A stretch of DNA of 64,000 nucleotides from Mytilus trossulus. Its lineage: Eukaryota. Where the stretch lies: NCBI RefSeq assembly GCF_036588685.1, contig NC_086375.1:89218001-89282000 (forward strand). The letters run 5' to 3'. Position 1 is the stretch's first letter. Each line of letters begins with the position of its first letter. Positions 11,306-45,786 of this stretch are shown here, piece by piece. The translations under genes and the position numbers were made by a program. The notes beneath the pieces are model-generated. The model was not told the DNA's origin. It saw only the letters and a list, made by a program, of their open reading frames with translations, and ran no database searches.

Positions 11306-12689
11306 ATATCTTTTTAAGATATCAAAATCTAAATAAGAAAAACACCAAATTCCCCCTAGCAAATCGGAGGAATATAAAAAGTCATTCTTTGTATAACATT
11401 TGCATGTTTTATCAGTTTTATTTGGTAGAATTATTTGCATGATGCTGCATGATTTTTAATGTGATAGTCGGTTAAAGAGCTCACCAGAGCTCATGTTTTC
11501 TCTGTTATTATGTATATATATGCCGACTCTAAATAAAATTTACTTACTTACTTAGTATAAAGAACAATATCTGATTGGAATAGAATACCAACAATCTGGC
11601 GTATGTCAAGACAATTGAGAACTTTCATTTAAGACTTTGGTGCTATCACATCATTGGACTCTATTACTAGCACCTCTATCCTGAGCTCTTTCCTGTTGCC
11701 AGTAATACCACAAACTGACCTCTGCAACTTACATATTCAGATTCATATGTTTTGGTACCTAGTAATACATTGTAATATTTAATGAGGGGAGAGGGAGCAG
11801 ACCGCTTTTAGGACATCAGGATCAGGTGTTTTTAAGCTCAGGATTTCAGGATTGATCCTTTCACAATCCGGGAATACTTTTTCCTATTTCGGAATGTTGG
11901 GATTTAATTTTCTTCAAATTTGGGACTTCCAGATGTTTTTAAGCCCAGGATTTTGGGGTGAGGACCCTTCCGACCCCCCCCCCCCCCCCTTATCAATTTG
12001 TACAATTCATGCATTTTTTATGGAAATTGAAACAACAGGGGCGGATCCAGTCATTTTAAAAAGGGGGGTTCCAGCTACATTTGTATATGTCCCAATTCAT
12101 TACCGGCCACAAAAAAGCCAATGAACAATATCATTCTGAATAGCATAGGGATGTTCAAGCTCCATAGAGCTGATGGTTTTATTGATACTTATATTATTCT
12201 GTATCTGTACGAGTATATTGTTGAATGTGGATACCAATACCTGCTTTCATCCAATGGTAGAGAGAGAAAGTGCGCTGTGGATTTATTGATGGTGTGCAAG
12301 AGCAGTCTTGAAGCTCATTACACTCAGGCCATAAAAAAGATTATGCTTCTTTGCCCTTACCCTACCTACCCTAAAAATAACTGGCTTCTCAAATTATTTT
12401 ATTGTCCTGATGTGAAAAAGGTTTTTTAATCAGAAAGGCATGGAGACTAAAAAACATTTCATGCTTTTTGTCAAAAAAAAAAGGAAATACCTACCTACTT
12501 CCCACTGTTTCAACCTTTGGGCAATGTGTTCCACTCAACATGCTCAATCAATGTTTTTACAAAAAAATGAATTTGAATATTGTTTTGTTTTGCAGTTGGA
12601 AATCCAAACAACTTAGTATTGTTCTTAACTTGCTTTTCCACAATATTTGTTGTCTGATAATTTCAAATTTCTTGGCAATAATTTTTCTT

Positions 12690-13145
12690 CTAAGATGTGT
12701 GTCATTTAGATATTTGTCTTGTTCTATAGCAGGAACCTATCAACCGCTTTGAACAGAAATATTCTCTTCTGACATGAGCGTTTTGTCTGTCATTCTGTAG
12801 ATCTTGTAATTCCAGTTTGGTGAGAATGAGACCAGCCCATCATCTCTGGATTTATAGTCTTCAGTTATAAATCTTGTATGCTGTTTTATTTTACCATGCT
12901 CGTTGATGTTAGTAGATATGCAGGGTCCCATACTATTGCTCCGTACTCCATTGTTGACCTGAACAGTGAGGTATATGCTATCTTATATGTGTTTTCTTGT
13001 TTTTTGGTGGGGAATGATGCAAATTCCTTTTAAGAAAGCCTAATGTTGAGTTTGCCTTCTTCACTAAATTGGAAATATTGGCAGTCTAGTTTAGGTTCTC
13101 TGAAATTTGTAAGCCCTTGTGTTGGTTATGTTGGACTTGTTGAAA
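12690..13145 (-). mobile_element. Decayed CR1/L2-group LINE fragment
   Basis: Minus-strand remnants AYTSLFRSTMEYGAIVWDP, RFITEDYKSRDDG and KANSTLGFL. Confidence 0.7.
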
Positions 13146-13218
13146 AACAAGGTTGGCAAGACAGTGGTCAATACTAGAAGCAAATATATTAGATTTGCTT
13201 ATTAACTTTATCTAATCA

Positions 13219-14358
13219 AAAACAAAGAATTGTGAATAAATGGCCTTACAGATACAAAGATTTGGGAGTTTTTGGTCTTACAGAGTCCTGAGGGAAACAA
13301 AGAATTGTGAGCTATTGGCCTAACAGATTCCTGAGAGAAACAAATATTTGTGAGGTACTGGCCTTACGGATTGCTGAGAGAAACAAAGAATTGCGAGTTA
13401 TTGGCCTTACAGATTCCTAATTAGAGATAACAAAGAAATGGGAGTTACTGGCCTTACAGATTGCTGAGAGAAACAAAGAATTGTGAGTTATTGGTCTTGC
13501 TTATTTCTGAGATAAACAAAGAATTGTGAGGTAATGGCCTTACAGTTTCAGTCTTCACGATGAACTGTTAAACATTGTTAAATCTACAGGCTCAGAGCTC
13601 AAATTTTGAATTTTTTTAGTTAGATTCTGTTGGCCTGTAGATATGATTTTTGCAGGCCTGAGATCATTTTTACAAGCATGGGCTGCCACTCAGTGTGAAG
13701 ACTGCAGTTTGCTGAGAGAATCAAAGAATTACGAGTTATTGGCCTTACAGTTTGCTGAGAGAAACAAAGAATTATGAGTTATTGGCCTTACAGATTGCTG
13801 AGAGAAACAAAGAATTATGAGTTATTGGCCTTACAGTTTGCTGAGAGAAACAAAGAATTATGAGTTATTGGCCTTACAGTTTGCTGAGAGAAACAAAGAA
13901 TTATGAGTTATTGGCCTTACAGTTTGCTGAGAGAAACAAAGAAACAAAGAATTGGCCTTACAGTTTGCTGAGAGAAACAAAGAATTATGAGTTATTAGCC
14001 TTACAGATTGCTGAGAGAAACAAGAATTGTGAGTTATTGGCCTTACAGATTTCAGAGCGAAACAAAGAATTATGAGGTACTGGCCTTACAGAATTCTGAG
14101 AGAAATAAAGAATAATGAGTTATTGGCTTCACAGATTCCTAAGAGAAACAAAACATTATGAGTTATTGACCTCACAGATTCCTGAGAGAAACAAAGAATT
14201 ATGAGTTATTGGCCTCACAGATTCTGAAGAGAAACAATGAATTATGAGTTACTGGCCTTACAGTTTGCTGAGAGAAACAAAGAATTGTGAGTTATTGGCC
14301 TTACTGATTCCTGAGACAAACAAAGAATTATGATTTATTGGCCTTACAGATTCCTGAA
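13219..14358. repeat. 43-bp minisatellite (ggccttacagtttgctgagagaaacaaagaattatgagttatt), split by a MITE
   Basis: Unit period of 43 (e.g. 13741 and 13784); more than 20 copies. Confidence 0.95.
13549..13704. mobile_element. 156-bp MITE with 10-bp perfect TIRs and 6-bp TSD
   Basis: CAGTCTTCAC...GTGAAGACTG flanked by cagttt at 13543-13548 and 13705-13710. Confidence 0.8.
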
Positions 14359-15280
14359 AGATCAATTCTTGATAACATAAAGCTCATCAATAAGATGACT
14401 CATACACTGCACAGTATTATTACACTGTAAACAATGACCACCTGTACCATTACCTGTGTATTACAATCACTGTGGACTGTACAATCATATGTATATATTG
14501 AATTTATTAATGAGTTGGGATGTTTAACTAGTTTATAATTTGATTAGAGGTAGGTTGTTTAATTAGTTTGTAAAAGAGTGATAAAGAAATGTGAGCCTAT
14601 ACATACTATCAGATGTAACTCTTCATGTTTGTTTACATAGATGTTTCATCTTCTAAGTTTGACTGGATAATTCACAGGAATTTATTTTAAAGTATGATTG
14701 CTTAGAATTGTATTTAGGATTCAATAAGTTGTTGGATTACCGGTCTGATAAGGACGTGCAAAAGAAGTTCTTAGTTTAAACAAATGTTAAGGTTTATGTG
14801 TAAAGAACATGGAATAGCATTAAATAATGGCATATTTTATAGGAACAACCTGGTATTTTTTTTATTATTTTGATATACTAATTTTAGAATTATAAAAGCA
14901 TTTTTAGAATTAACTCAATTACAACAGGGTTTTAAAAGTCTAGTTTTTAGGCATCAATTATTCCTTATATATCATTATGATTGAGGTTCTATTATACAAT
15001 ATTATTAAATGACAATATATATTCATGTTAAATTTTCTACTCACTATAGTCATGAAAATATATGTTTGTTTACAGTAATATGAGGGTATGTTGTTTGCCC
15101 TTGTCAGTGTTTGTACCAGATGGCACCAGTCTATCCACAAAATGCATATAAACATCAAGCATCTGTTGTAAACTCAAACATTACTGGATCATTGATACAT
15201 TAAAACATCTGTAAAAACATAATAGGAAGTTCATGCATTCTATAAACTTTGTTTTAATTCAAATCTTATTGACATGTTTT

Positions 15281-16165
15281 TATATGACTGCAAATACTTT
15301 TTGGGGGTTCCTATAATGGAATGATGTTATCTGCGTCGTCGTAGTCCAAAGACACGTTTGGTTTCTGGACAATAACTTTAGTTTTAGTGAATGGATCTAT
15401 ATGAAATGTCATGAGGACATTCAAAGCCACAAAAGGAAGGTTTGGATTGATTTTTGGGATTATGGTACCAACAGTTATGATTAAGTGGCCAAAAACAATC
15501 ATTGACCTGCTGGTGACCTTCTGCTGTAGTTTATTTCTACGGTCGGGTTGTTGTCTCTTTGACACATTCCCCATTTCCATTCTCAATTTTATTCTTGTAG
15601 TTTCTGGGACAATAACTTGTGTGTAAGTGTATGAATCTCTCTGACCTTGTACCACAAGGTTCCTTATCACAAAGGAGAGGCTGAGTTAGATTTTGGGGGT
15701 AATTGCCCAATACATGTTAGAATTCTAGGGTAAAAAAAAAGGGTAAAAACAAGCATTTTTTCTGTTCCCAGGTCAATGATTACTTGTATATGGATCTCAA
15801 AAGTTGAACTCCAAGAATCCATACTACAAAGGGGAGACTGGGATTGGGTTTGGGGTCATTGCTCCGAAGGGCGGATTTTTTTTGGCAAATTATTTTAAGA
15901 GGTTTATATTTTTTTTCTCCAAAATTAAAAAAAAAAAGTTTCAAAAGTTTCCAGAAGAAATCTTTAATTGCACATTATTGTGCAATTGATTTTTTTTTTT
16001 TTTTACCAGATTTGTTTTGTGTCAGAAACCTTTAATATGACAATTTTTTTTTATCACAATCCAAATTCAGACAGTATCAAGCTTGAAAAAGAAGTCCAAA
16101 TTTGCCCCCAACTGTTCAGGGTTCAACCTCTGCTGTCATATCAGGGTGTGCTCAGCAAAGAATTT
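15281..16165 (+). mobile_element. Older Helentron-type HINE (same family as 38361-40576) with a nested Penelope-type 3'-end fragment at ~15501-15593
   Basis: 5' tatatgactgca, cgtcgtcgt microsatellite, ataactttagt unit and 3' gccccaactgttcagggttcaacctctgctgtcatat match the ends of the 38361-40576 element, with CpG decay. Confidence 0.75.
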
Positions 16166-18847
16166 TATTCTGTTTTAAATAGTTATAAGTTATTTTTCTT
16201 CTAGTTGAGGTATATTGGACCTTTTAATACAGTGCAACCTGCCTAATCCTACACCTGAGTATTCCAACATTAGGCTTAAACCAACACATTGTCATGGCCC
16301 CTTGTGTGTCGAATCAGAAATACAAAAGAATGTGTATTCATTTTATTTCATTATTTTTGCAAAACCATATGCACAAGGAGAATTGACTGCTGATTAGATT
16401 TAGTCCTGTATATAAAGATGTCTGGCTGTCTTTGTAATCCGATGGATAATGACAGCTGTGTGGCTGGGTTTTCCTTCTGTGACTCAGTCTCATCATACAT
16501 CATCCTTTTCCAATAGTTCCTAGTGATATTCAACAAATGAAATATAAGTTAAGTAAAAATCTAAGTAAAATCCCAAATCAGAACACTCTGAACATTCCAC
16601 AATGGCATGCAACTGGTCACTTTGGACATGGAACTTTCATGTTTCCAACTGGTTTTAACCAGTCAAATATATTATGTACATGTAGACTTTGAAATTTTCT
16701 TTAAGTACATTGATTGAAATACTGACTGACTCACAGTCTGACCTTGACCCTAGATGAAATATGCTGTTAGTCTTGATTTGGCAATATTATGTAGTTATGC
16801 GTTCTTGTGTCTGAATTTTTATGATTTTCTTCAACTAGTACATATTGTTCTATTTGAAAATGGTATGTTTTCTAGAACAACATTTTAAAAACTCTCAGTT
16901 AAAAGTCAAGTTTATAACTATATATAAATACTGTGGTTTTACTGGACCAAACATCTTCTTAGACTTAGAATGGGGTGGTCCAGTAAAAGACCACCACCAC
17001 ACCAACATTGAATGACTCATTAGGACATAGAAACCCATGTAGAATATCATGCAGTTTGTCACTCCCCCCCCCCCCCCCCCCCCAAAAAAAAAGAAGAAAA
17101 TCATGCATGCCAAATGATTTATTTGCAAATAAATGTGTAATAAATAAATTAAAATGGAATGGTTAAGAAACATAACAATCAATTATTACATAATTTTACT
17201 GCCCATAAAAATAATGGATTTTGTGTTCTATAGAACTGCATTCAATAATGCTAATAAGTGCCAGGATGGGAAATTTATTGAAATATTTGAAAACAGAAAT
17301 TTTCTGCCTAGATAAACATTCTTAGAATTGCATTTTCTGCATGATTGAAGACATCTCTTCATGATCATGATTTTGTTGACTGTTATGAAATATATCTGCA
17401 TCAAACATAAATCAATTAGACATGTTGCTCATTTTGACATTGAATTATTTTCGTCTGGACTTTTTAGTTTTTTGTTGCTCCATTGTATCATCTACCTTTT
17501 ATTGTAAGTGAAATTGATTTACAACTTGTCCAGACTTTCGGATTAGAGATGGATGTGTACTGTTAAACACCCTATGTTGATCTGTAGACAATTTTGTGTT
17601 GTTAGGTTACTGTCTCATTGACACATACCCCAAATTATCTTTTATTCTTATGTTACAAAACAACTGTCAGATTTGTACATCAGCTTTAAGATAGATTGAG
17701 AATTTTGAGAAGTAACCCTGTATTAATACTGCCACTAAGTAAAGCAGAGATTTATCAGTTTCATTGATTAGTAATCCCACTATAATCTGTTTAGGTACTG
17801 ACTCACACTAAAGTCAAAGTCAAAAAAACATAATAGGGAATACAAAAATCTGCATTCTTCTGTTGTGGAAAATATTGGTCAATGAATCATAAGGGAAAAA
17901 GCTGTTGACCATCACTAAATCATATACTGTTTGATATCAGTACCAAGGGGGTCCCGTCTCAATTAGATGACTAATTTTGTGTATATATTGTTTATGAATA
18001 CATTAACTATAAGTAAAATCAATGTACTGAGATATATTCCACTCAAGTGTAACCTTGCTATCTGCACTGGAATGTTAAAACTCATCTCATTTAATCTCAA
18101 CTCTTATTACAAAAATATGTGTGTGTGTGCAGTACACTAGTTCATGTGTCTGACTTTAAGGATTGTTTACTGTAGATTTATTCTTATATTTGGGATTTAG
18201 TAAATAAGAATTGTGTTATATAGTTTGAAGAGGACCAATTTTATACTATTTATAGGTATGTTATTATGATGTACATATAATTTTATGATTGTTTAAGTAT
18301 ATATGCTGTAAGTTGATCAGGTGTAAACAATAAACAAATGTATTGTAGGATGTTAGACTTGTTATTAACTGAATGTAAATATTGACTTCAGATCTTCATA
18401 CATAATGTTGAATCATACCAATTAACACCCAGAATTCTGTAAACAATGATGTGTATCCCTGCAGACCTCTGTACTTACCATACTTACTGAGAGCTGTACA
18501 TGTCAGAGTGTGCAAGTTAGTAACATGAGGTTGACAAAGAGTATCCCTAGTTAATCAGACTATGGACACACCAACAACTGACTGTTATCAATTTGAGAAA
18601 AACAGGAAGGGTTATGGAATGACATTGTCATTTTAGCACACAGATTTAATTTGTTTTCTTCACTTTTGGTTCAGTGTATGATATAACCAAAATAACTTTT
18701 TATTAAGTAAAAACATGTTACAATATATATATATGACGTGAGGGTACCCAAATTGCACATATTTTGACAGTTTTTTAAACTACATTTATTTTTGCTTCGG
18801 ACAAAAGTTTTCATTATGTGTTAATTTTAATGTATCATTATTTACTA

Positions 18848-19117
18848 TAAAAAAGAAGATGTGGTATGATTGCCAATGAGACAACTATCCACAAAAGACC
18901 AAAATGACACAGACATTAACAACTATAGGTCACCGTACGGCCTTCAACAATGAGCAAAGCCCATACCGCATAGTCAGCTATAAAAGGCCCTGATAAGACA
19001 ATGTAAAACAATTCAAACGAGAAAACTAACAGCCTTATTTATGTAAAAAAATAAACAAAAAACAAATATGTAACACATAAACAAGTGACAACCACTCAAT
19101 TAACATGTACAGGCTCC
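18848..19117 (-). mobile_element. Short interspersed repeat (aagaagatgtggtatgattgccaatgagacaac family), probable Penelope-type 3'-end fragment
   Basis: Near-identical to 29879-30070; related copies at ~857, 24179, 40920, 41895 and 46432. Confidence 0.8.
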
Positions 19118-19614
19118 TTTTCACCAATTTAATTTTGAATCCATATGGAATAATAGAAAAATTGGTCTGAACTGTCCTCCATACCATCAATGATTCTATA
19201 ATGAGGAGTACCCAAATTGCATCCATGCATTCGCATTGTCAAAAGTAGAATAACAGAGCTTTTGTTTAATTTCTTCAAATATTTTGGACAATTGGAGATA
19301 AGTCCATGTTTACTCTTCATTTTTTAAGAAATAGATACTTGTAACATATTGTATTTTCTAATTTTAAAAAGATGACATTTTGATGACATCGCATGACAAC
19401 TTTTCCCTTACATTTTGCTTTTTCAGTAAACACTTCATCTGTTGATAAATACTGGAAATTTAACTGATAATAATAGTAAAGAAAAACAATTGGCCCTATT
19501 CATTACTAAAATTGAGACTTGAGAAACCCCATGGTGACGATAACACTTCATGGATTCCTTACATGTTCTAGTATACAGCAGTGCTTGATTGTATCAAATT
19601 GAATAAATGATTTA

Positions 19615-20050
19615 TTGATTGATTGATTGTTGGTTGCTTAACTTCCAGTGGCAAACATTTCATGCATATTCAGGATGAGAACAAGTTCACAATAAATACA
19701 ATAGGTAGGTCTTGTCATAAAAGAGGCCATCTTGGATGATTGTTGGGGAAATTTGGACTGCCACTGGAAAATGTGGGTATATTAGATAGGGACAGAAATT
19801 TGGCCTTGCTACAGGCCACAAACGGGCCCTTAAAGAGTTGTTGCAAGGGTTCCAACGTGCAAAGAGCGTGGCACTCTCTTAACACGAGAAATGGAATTTA
19901 ACGTCCCCATTCTGACTGGACCTGACTGTGAACTTGATACATCCCTCAAAGCCAACTGGACGCCCCACTTCGGCAATTGTTTTACTGCCAGTCGGGAGTA
20001 GACCGACCATATTTCTATCCCCCAGTCACCCTTGGCGGACAAATGATTTA
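19615..20050 (-). mobile_element. Probable retroposon 3' fragment ending in a (TCAA)n tail
   Basis: (ttga)n tail at 19615-19628 adjacent to a GC-richer block that contrasts with the intron background; family not identified. Confidence 0.45.
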
Positions 20051-21606
20051 GATAAATCTTTTTGGGCAGTTGTCCTACAGAAGTTGAGTTTATTAAATGC
20101 TAATAACAAAATACTGTTGTCTGTTCTTTGGTCAGGTTGTTGTCTCTTTGACATATTCCCCATTTCCATTTTAAATTTTGAATACTGTCAATGCTATTTA
20201 AAAAATATATAGAAGTTCAGATTTGTTACCCCACTCCAAAACAAATACTTAAAATTTCTAAGCAACTGCATTATAATTAGTAAAGCTCAATTACACAGAA
20301 CACCTAAACATTGAACAGTAATATAAATAGCAGTCTATGTAGAATGACCAATTAATTGTTAAGCAGTATGGTGCCAAGCCATGATGTTTCTCCATTAACA
20401 TGATATTTATATATATCCAGTTATATAGTGGTTTAATGCTCACATTTTAAATCTATCAAAGTTGCTTTCTCCTAAAAACCTCCTTGTATTACAGCTAATT
20501 GAATATTGATACCCAGTTATAATACAGATTCAATAAAGTTTGACAATCTGCCAGTTTTTTCATACAAAAATGTTATACAGTATAATCAAATACATTGTAT
20601 TTACCAAGATTGCAGATTTCCTACATATTTTTGGTGAATTACTCTTACATTTTATTATAAATTGAGAATATCAATGAAATAACAATAACTTGATTGCCAG
20701 AAATCGGAGTGCTGCTTATCTGCATTGGAATACTCCAGGAAGATTTATAATAATAATACAACATGTATTTTATCTTTAAATGAGAAATTGTATTGGCTTA
20801 TACTTCTTGTGATAAACGGTCCAGGAACAGATTACTCTTATTTTAGCTCTGGACTCTGAAGTCCACACAATAGCCTTACTTTCATGACACTGACAGAATG
20901 TCTGAATGTAAAAAAGGAAAAAAAATATACTTTTCAAAAATTAGTGTTTAATTAAATTGTACAATACATGTCTTATAAACAATTTGTGAAAAAAAAATAT
21001 GTATGTAAAATAAACTTAAAATTATATTGAACATTGCTGCTACTGTAATTGTACATGTATATAATTACAATCTGAAGATAAGTCATGACCCAGGAAGATG
21101 GTATTACAACGTATCATAAATGGAGAACATACATTTTTAGCTATGATACAATGTCTTTTAACTAAGATGTGTTCTAATGTATTGTTTACGTTAGTCATTT
21201 AAAGAAATATTTATGTATTTAGATTCTTTGAAAAGATAGAAATAAAACTTTAATTTTTTTTGTTATTTTCAAATCTGGAATTCAAAACTAGATAAGTGTT
21301 ACATGTTGATTATCCCTTGTTTTACTTCTAAATGGAGTGTTGGCTACGTTATATTGTCAAGGGAGTGTCTATAACATAATACAGTAATAACAGAGTAATT
21401 GCTCATTGCATAAGACTGTATATATAGGATATGATACTAATGCATCATACATGTACTCTCAAAGGAGTGTCAATCATTCTTTGGAAATGTCAATTTATAT
21501 TGAATGATGTATATCAATATGGTGATAAAACTTTCAACTAAAATAAACTTTTGAGGTTTCATGACAAATTTTATAATTTCAGAATCCCGGGTGACAATCA
21601 TACAGA

Positions 21607-41430
<19,824 letters not shown>

Positions 41431-41512
41431 CACATATTTTATATATTAAGGTAAATAAATTACTATAGAAGTGCAATATTAGCAGGCGATTTTCATGAAG
41501 GTTATCAAGGTA

Positions 41513-41688
41513 CAGTGTAAGTTGCCTTATCAGATTCCTGAGTATTCAAACATCCTGCTTTAACTGACACATTTCCATTGTCCCAAAATATGTGTATCCT
41601 TGCAGAAAAAACCTGAGTATTCTGACACCCTGCTCAACCCAACATTTTTTCTGGCCCCCCAATGTGTCAGATTAGGCAAGTCACACTG
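41513..41688. mobile_element. Tc1/mariner-type MITE (TA TSD); partial relative at ~16228-16320
   Basis: TA-CAGTGTaagttgccttatcaga ... tcagattaggcaagtcACACTG-TA. Confidence 0.75.
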
Positions 41689-44021
41689 TAATACAATTTC
41701 ATTTTATACATTGTATCCTATTATTAAACCTTACTGTGTTTGTTAATCTGCAACAAATCATGTTTATTTCTATGTTGTAGTTTGTGGTATTAGATATAGC
41801 ATTACTAAACATGCCCAGTAATTACAGTTTATAAGAAATTTTTGACTTTCTGTTTCTTAAATAACTAGATCTTTCTGTTTCTTAAATAACTAGATATAAG
41901 AAGATGTGGTGTGAGTGCCAATGAGACCACTCTCTGTGTTCATGCATCTTTTTCCTTTATTTTTAAATTAAGACCAAGAAGGATATTAAAGTAACTTACA
42001 GTAAATCTTGTTCTCCAAATTTTGAAACAGAAAGAGAACATTAAATATAACATGAAATAACAATTTAAATCTGAATCAAAAGAAATAAGTTCAACCATCA
42101 TTTTAAAGATTGCATTTCTTTTCAGTTTACAAGCATTATTGCCTTTAGATGCATGTTTTTGCATATAATTTTTAAATATTTCTTTATTCTGTAGATTGGT
42201 CAATCCGATATGAATTGCAATTAGAACAATCAAGAAATTTAGTCAGTAATTTGGTAAATATACCAAAAGACTGAATGGACATCAGACATGGAAATGAGAA
42301 ACTGCTTTACATTTTGATTTTAAGGACAAAAGTCGAAATATTTTATAAATTTAGAATACTACCAATAATCAGTTTGAACATACTGGTAATCACAGATGAA
42401 TTTGAAGACAGGAAGGAAGATGTTAAATGGTAATTCTGGTCAAAGGTTCTTATTGTGGTACTATAAATGTATTGCTATTATTTCTGTCTACTTGGTTTAA
42501 TATACAGATTATTTATACTTTTGTTTTATATGTCACATTTTTATTTACAATACACAAATTAAGTGTCCATGGACAAAATAAATTGATCATTATAAAACTT
42601 CTTTGATCCATTATATTTTTAACCTTATTTTTGCTAGTATAAAAAAAGAACAATTAAGTGAAACAACCTTGCTAGTTTTCTGAGTCTGTTATTTTCTCTT
42701 TTTATTATAGGGTATGCAACATGTTTGATTTGTCATCAGTTTTCTAAGATTGTATATGTATTTTCTATGCATAGTAATGAAGACTTAATACATTTTTAAT
42801 TGCAATGTGAACTTCATTTTAAAAATAGATTAGTTATTAAATAAACACGTTATTTTATGCTGAATACTCTATTTAGTTTAACAAGAGATGAAAGATCTTC
42901 AAAATGATCACTTGAATTTCAATCTAGTGCTTAAAGTGTTGGTGCTATTATAAAATGTCAAAAAGGAGTACACGTGCCTGGATGTAACAAATATTGAATA
43001 CATTACACCTTATGTTTACATGTGATACAATGTCTCGTTATGTTTCTATCAAGTTTACTTCGGGTTTATGATTGTAAATGTATTGTAAGACCAGTTTCTT
43101 TTGTCTGAATGCAAGGGTAATAGTAAAATTTCTTATTTGTTCATATTTAATGAACTTGTCTTGTTAGATTACTGTCTCATTGATGTTTTTTCCCACATCT
43201 TTTTTCATACATTTCAATAAAGTCAAATTTTATTTTGGTAAATTCCTCACTGTCACACTGGCTTCCGGTCTTCAATCGTTCCATGTAATTAAACTTGAAT
43301 AAGATAAAAGAAATTTTCTCTGAATTCCATGTTTACAGAATGGAATAAATATTTAAAACCTTCATCTTGACTTTTCTCAAAGTACTTCAATGAAATATAT
43401 GTGTTGTCAAGTTTTCACTGAAATGTGGTTTTAACAGTCAAAGGGAGACAAATGATTATTAAAATGAAATTTATAAATCCTTTATGTTCTATCCAAATTC
43501 ATATTATTTTTAATTTAGGAAATTCTTATCTGTAGATTATTTAAACAAAATATGTTTTGACAATTGAAATGAATGACATCAAAAACAAAATTATCTTTGA
43601 GACCAGTCCAACGTTACACACTAATCCCACTCTTTGTAGATGTTACCTGTCATTCTTCCATCTACATATTAATGTACTTTATAAATCAGGCTGATCTAGG
43701 ACTAATAAGGTGTATACAATATTGTCAGACCAAAAGTATAATTTCTTCATATGTAGTTATATCTTACACCGTGTGTTGATGTTGTAACACTTGCACTCAT
43801 TTCCACTAATCTGAATTTTTGTTCTGCAATAAAGATGAGTGTTCTTATCAGGATGAACAAATTCATAAATAAATATTCATGTTTAACAGTATTTAGATGC
43901 ATACCAATAACTCTGCTCACACATTTCATTAAGTTCCATATCAGTAAAAGTGTTGTTACTGACTGAAAAACTGTACATTTTATATGTGTATGTTTGACAG
44001 TATTTTATGTCTGGTTGTCAA

Positions 44022-44157
44022 GGTTTTATAAGTTAAACAGATCTTACATGTTCATATTGAGTTGTCATGGTTTTATAAGGTTTAACAGATCTTACATGTT
44101 CATATTGAGTTGTCATGGTTTTATAAGGTTTAACAGATCTTACATGTTCATATTGAA
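44022..44157. repeat. 48-bp tandem repeat, ~3 copies
   Basis: Unit ggttttataaggtttaacagatcttacatgttcatattgagttgtcat. Confidence 0.9.
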
Positions 44158-44269
44158 TCATGTGTTTGTACAGATCTTCCATTTAATAATTATGCAAGTA
44201 CATTATGCTTTATTATTTCATTTTCATCAGTTTCATATTTCATGGTTTGTCTGTAGAACAACATCATTG

Positions 44270-44580
44270 TGCTTGTATTACATTTTATTACACTGTATTA
44301 CATTGTATTACATTTTATTACACTGTATTACATTTATCATTCTTGTATTACATTTTATTACATTGTATTACGTTGTACTACATTGTATTACATTGATTAT
44401 TCTTGTATTACATTGATCAGTACACTGTATTACATTGTATTATGTTGTATTACATTGATTATTACACTGTATTACATTGATTATTCTTGTATTACATTGA
44501 TTATTACACTGTATTACATTGTATTACATTGATCATTTCATGGTATTACCTTATAATATTACATTGATTATATTACACAA
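44270..44580. repeat. Low-complexity 10-bp (tattacattg)n repeat
   Basis: Directly visible in the sequence. Confidence 0.9.
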
Positions 44581-45214
44581 AATATTGCACAATGTTGAAT
44601 GCAAATAAGTGGCTTAATGTGACAGTCTGATAATAGTGTTTTGATGTAGTGCTATGGTGTATTTGAGCCTTGCAGAAGATGAAAAACCTAGTGATCTGTA
44701 TCATTCAAGTGCAAACAAAAATGTCAAATTCTGTCCAATATAAATAATCTTTTTTGAAGGTTGTTGGAGAAAGAGTATATAATACATATGTATTTTACAA
44801 GTCTTAATATAAGAATACTTCATTACAGGATATTACCCTGTGTAAACTATTATTTCTTATTGACATAAGAACAATTCTATGTTCTTTCCTATAATTGGCC
44901 TATAAATAAAAAGTTTGTGTCGAGCAGTTTATAGCATTAATAATAAAGATTATAATGCTTACCTACAATATATCAATTCAAAGATCGTTCTGTCTCATCT
45001 GTGCCTATATATTTTAAACAAAAACTTATCACTTGATACTGAACAAATATTTCAATTGTAAGAATCATGGTATGCAATATATTGAAATAAATTAGAACTA
45101 CTGTCAAACAAATATGGTATTGATAAATGAAATGTAATTTCTAATTAAAATAAATATTTGGCATGAGACCACTTATATTTTGAAAAGATAAGAAAAAAAT
45201 CAGGCATAACTTAA

Positions 45215-45486
45215 GGTGGTACCCAACACTTTCACTAAAATTAATTTGGCTTGTTTAATTTTCATAAAATTTTGACAGTATTTTCTTTGACCCTTTGGCA
45301 AAAATATAAAAAATTCAAAATATTTGAACCAACAAATTGATCTGAAAAATTACACTGGTAATATAGCAGTTTGACAAAGACTAATTTTGATCATTAAGAA
45401 GCGCAAGATTCCCTTTAACAACACAACGTAATTAAAACGTTAAGCTGATTTTACAGAGTTATCTCCCTGTAGTGTTAGGTACCACC
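45215..45486. mobile_element. Kolobok-type MITE (TTAA TSD, RR..YY ends)
   Basis: TTAA-GGTGGTACCcAACACT ... AGTGTTaGGTACCACC-TTAA. Confidence 0.8.
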
Positions 45487-45786
45487 TTAAGCTGCAAAAG
45501 TAAAAAAAATTAACTGCTGACACCCAAGGATATTCCTCAACTGGCCAAGTCTTTTTAGAGACATAAGTTTTTTACGCTAGCACTAGACTCCAATGAAGTT
45601 ATGTTTTGAGCAATGTGATGTATGAGTACTTTTTCACCTTTTTCACTGAGTAGTAATTTGTTATTTAAACATTCTATATAATATACTATAGTGTAATGAC
45701 TACTGTTCATGTATTTCAAACTTTATTTCCAACTTGAACCGATGTCTTGCTCATATGTTCTAATAGGTAGCAGGATAAAAATATAG

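Noticed and set aside
13219-14358. CRISPR-like arrays (also considered for 27820-28517 and 60212-60755)
   Set aside because: Head-to-tail repeats without unique spacers, in a eukaryotic context with no cas genes.
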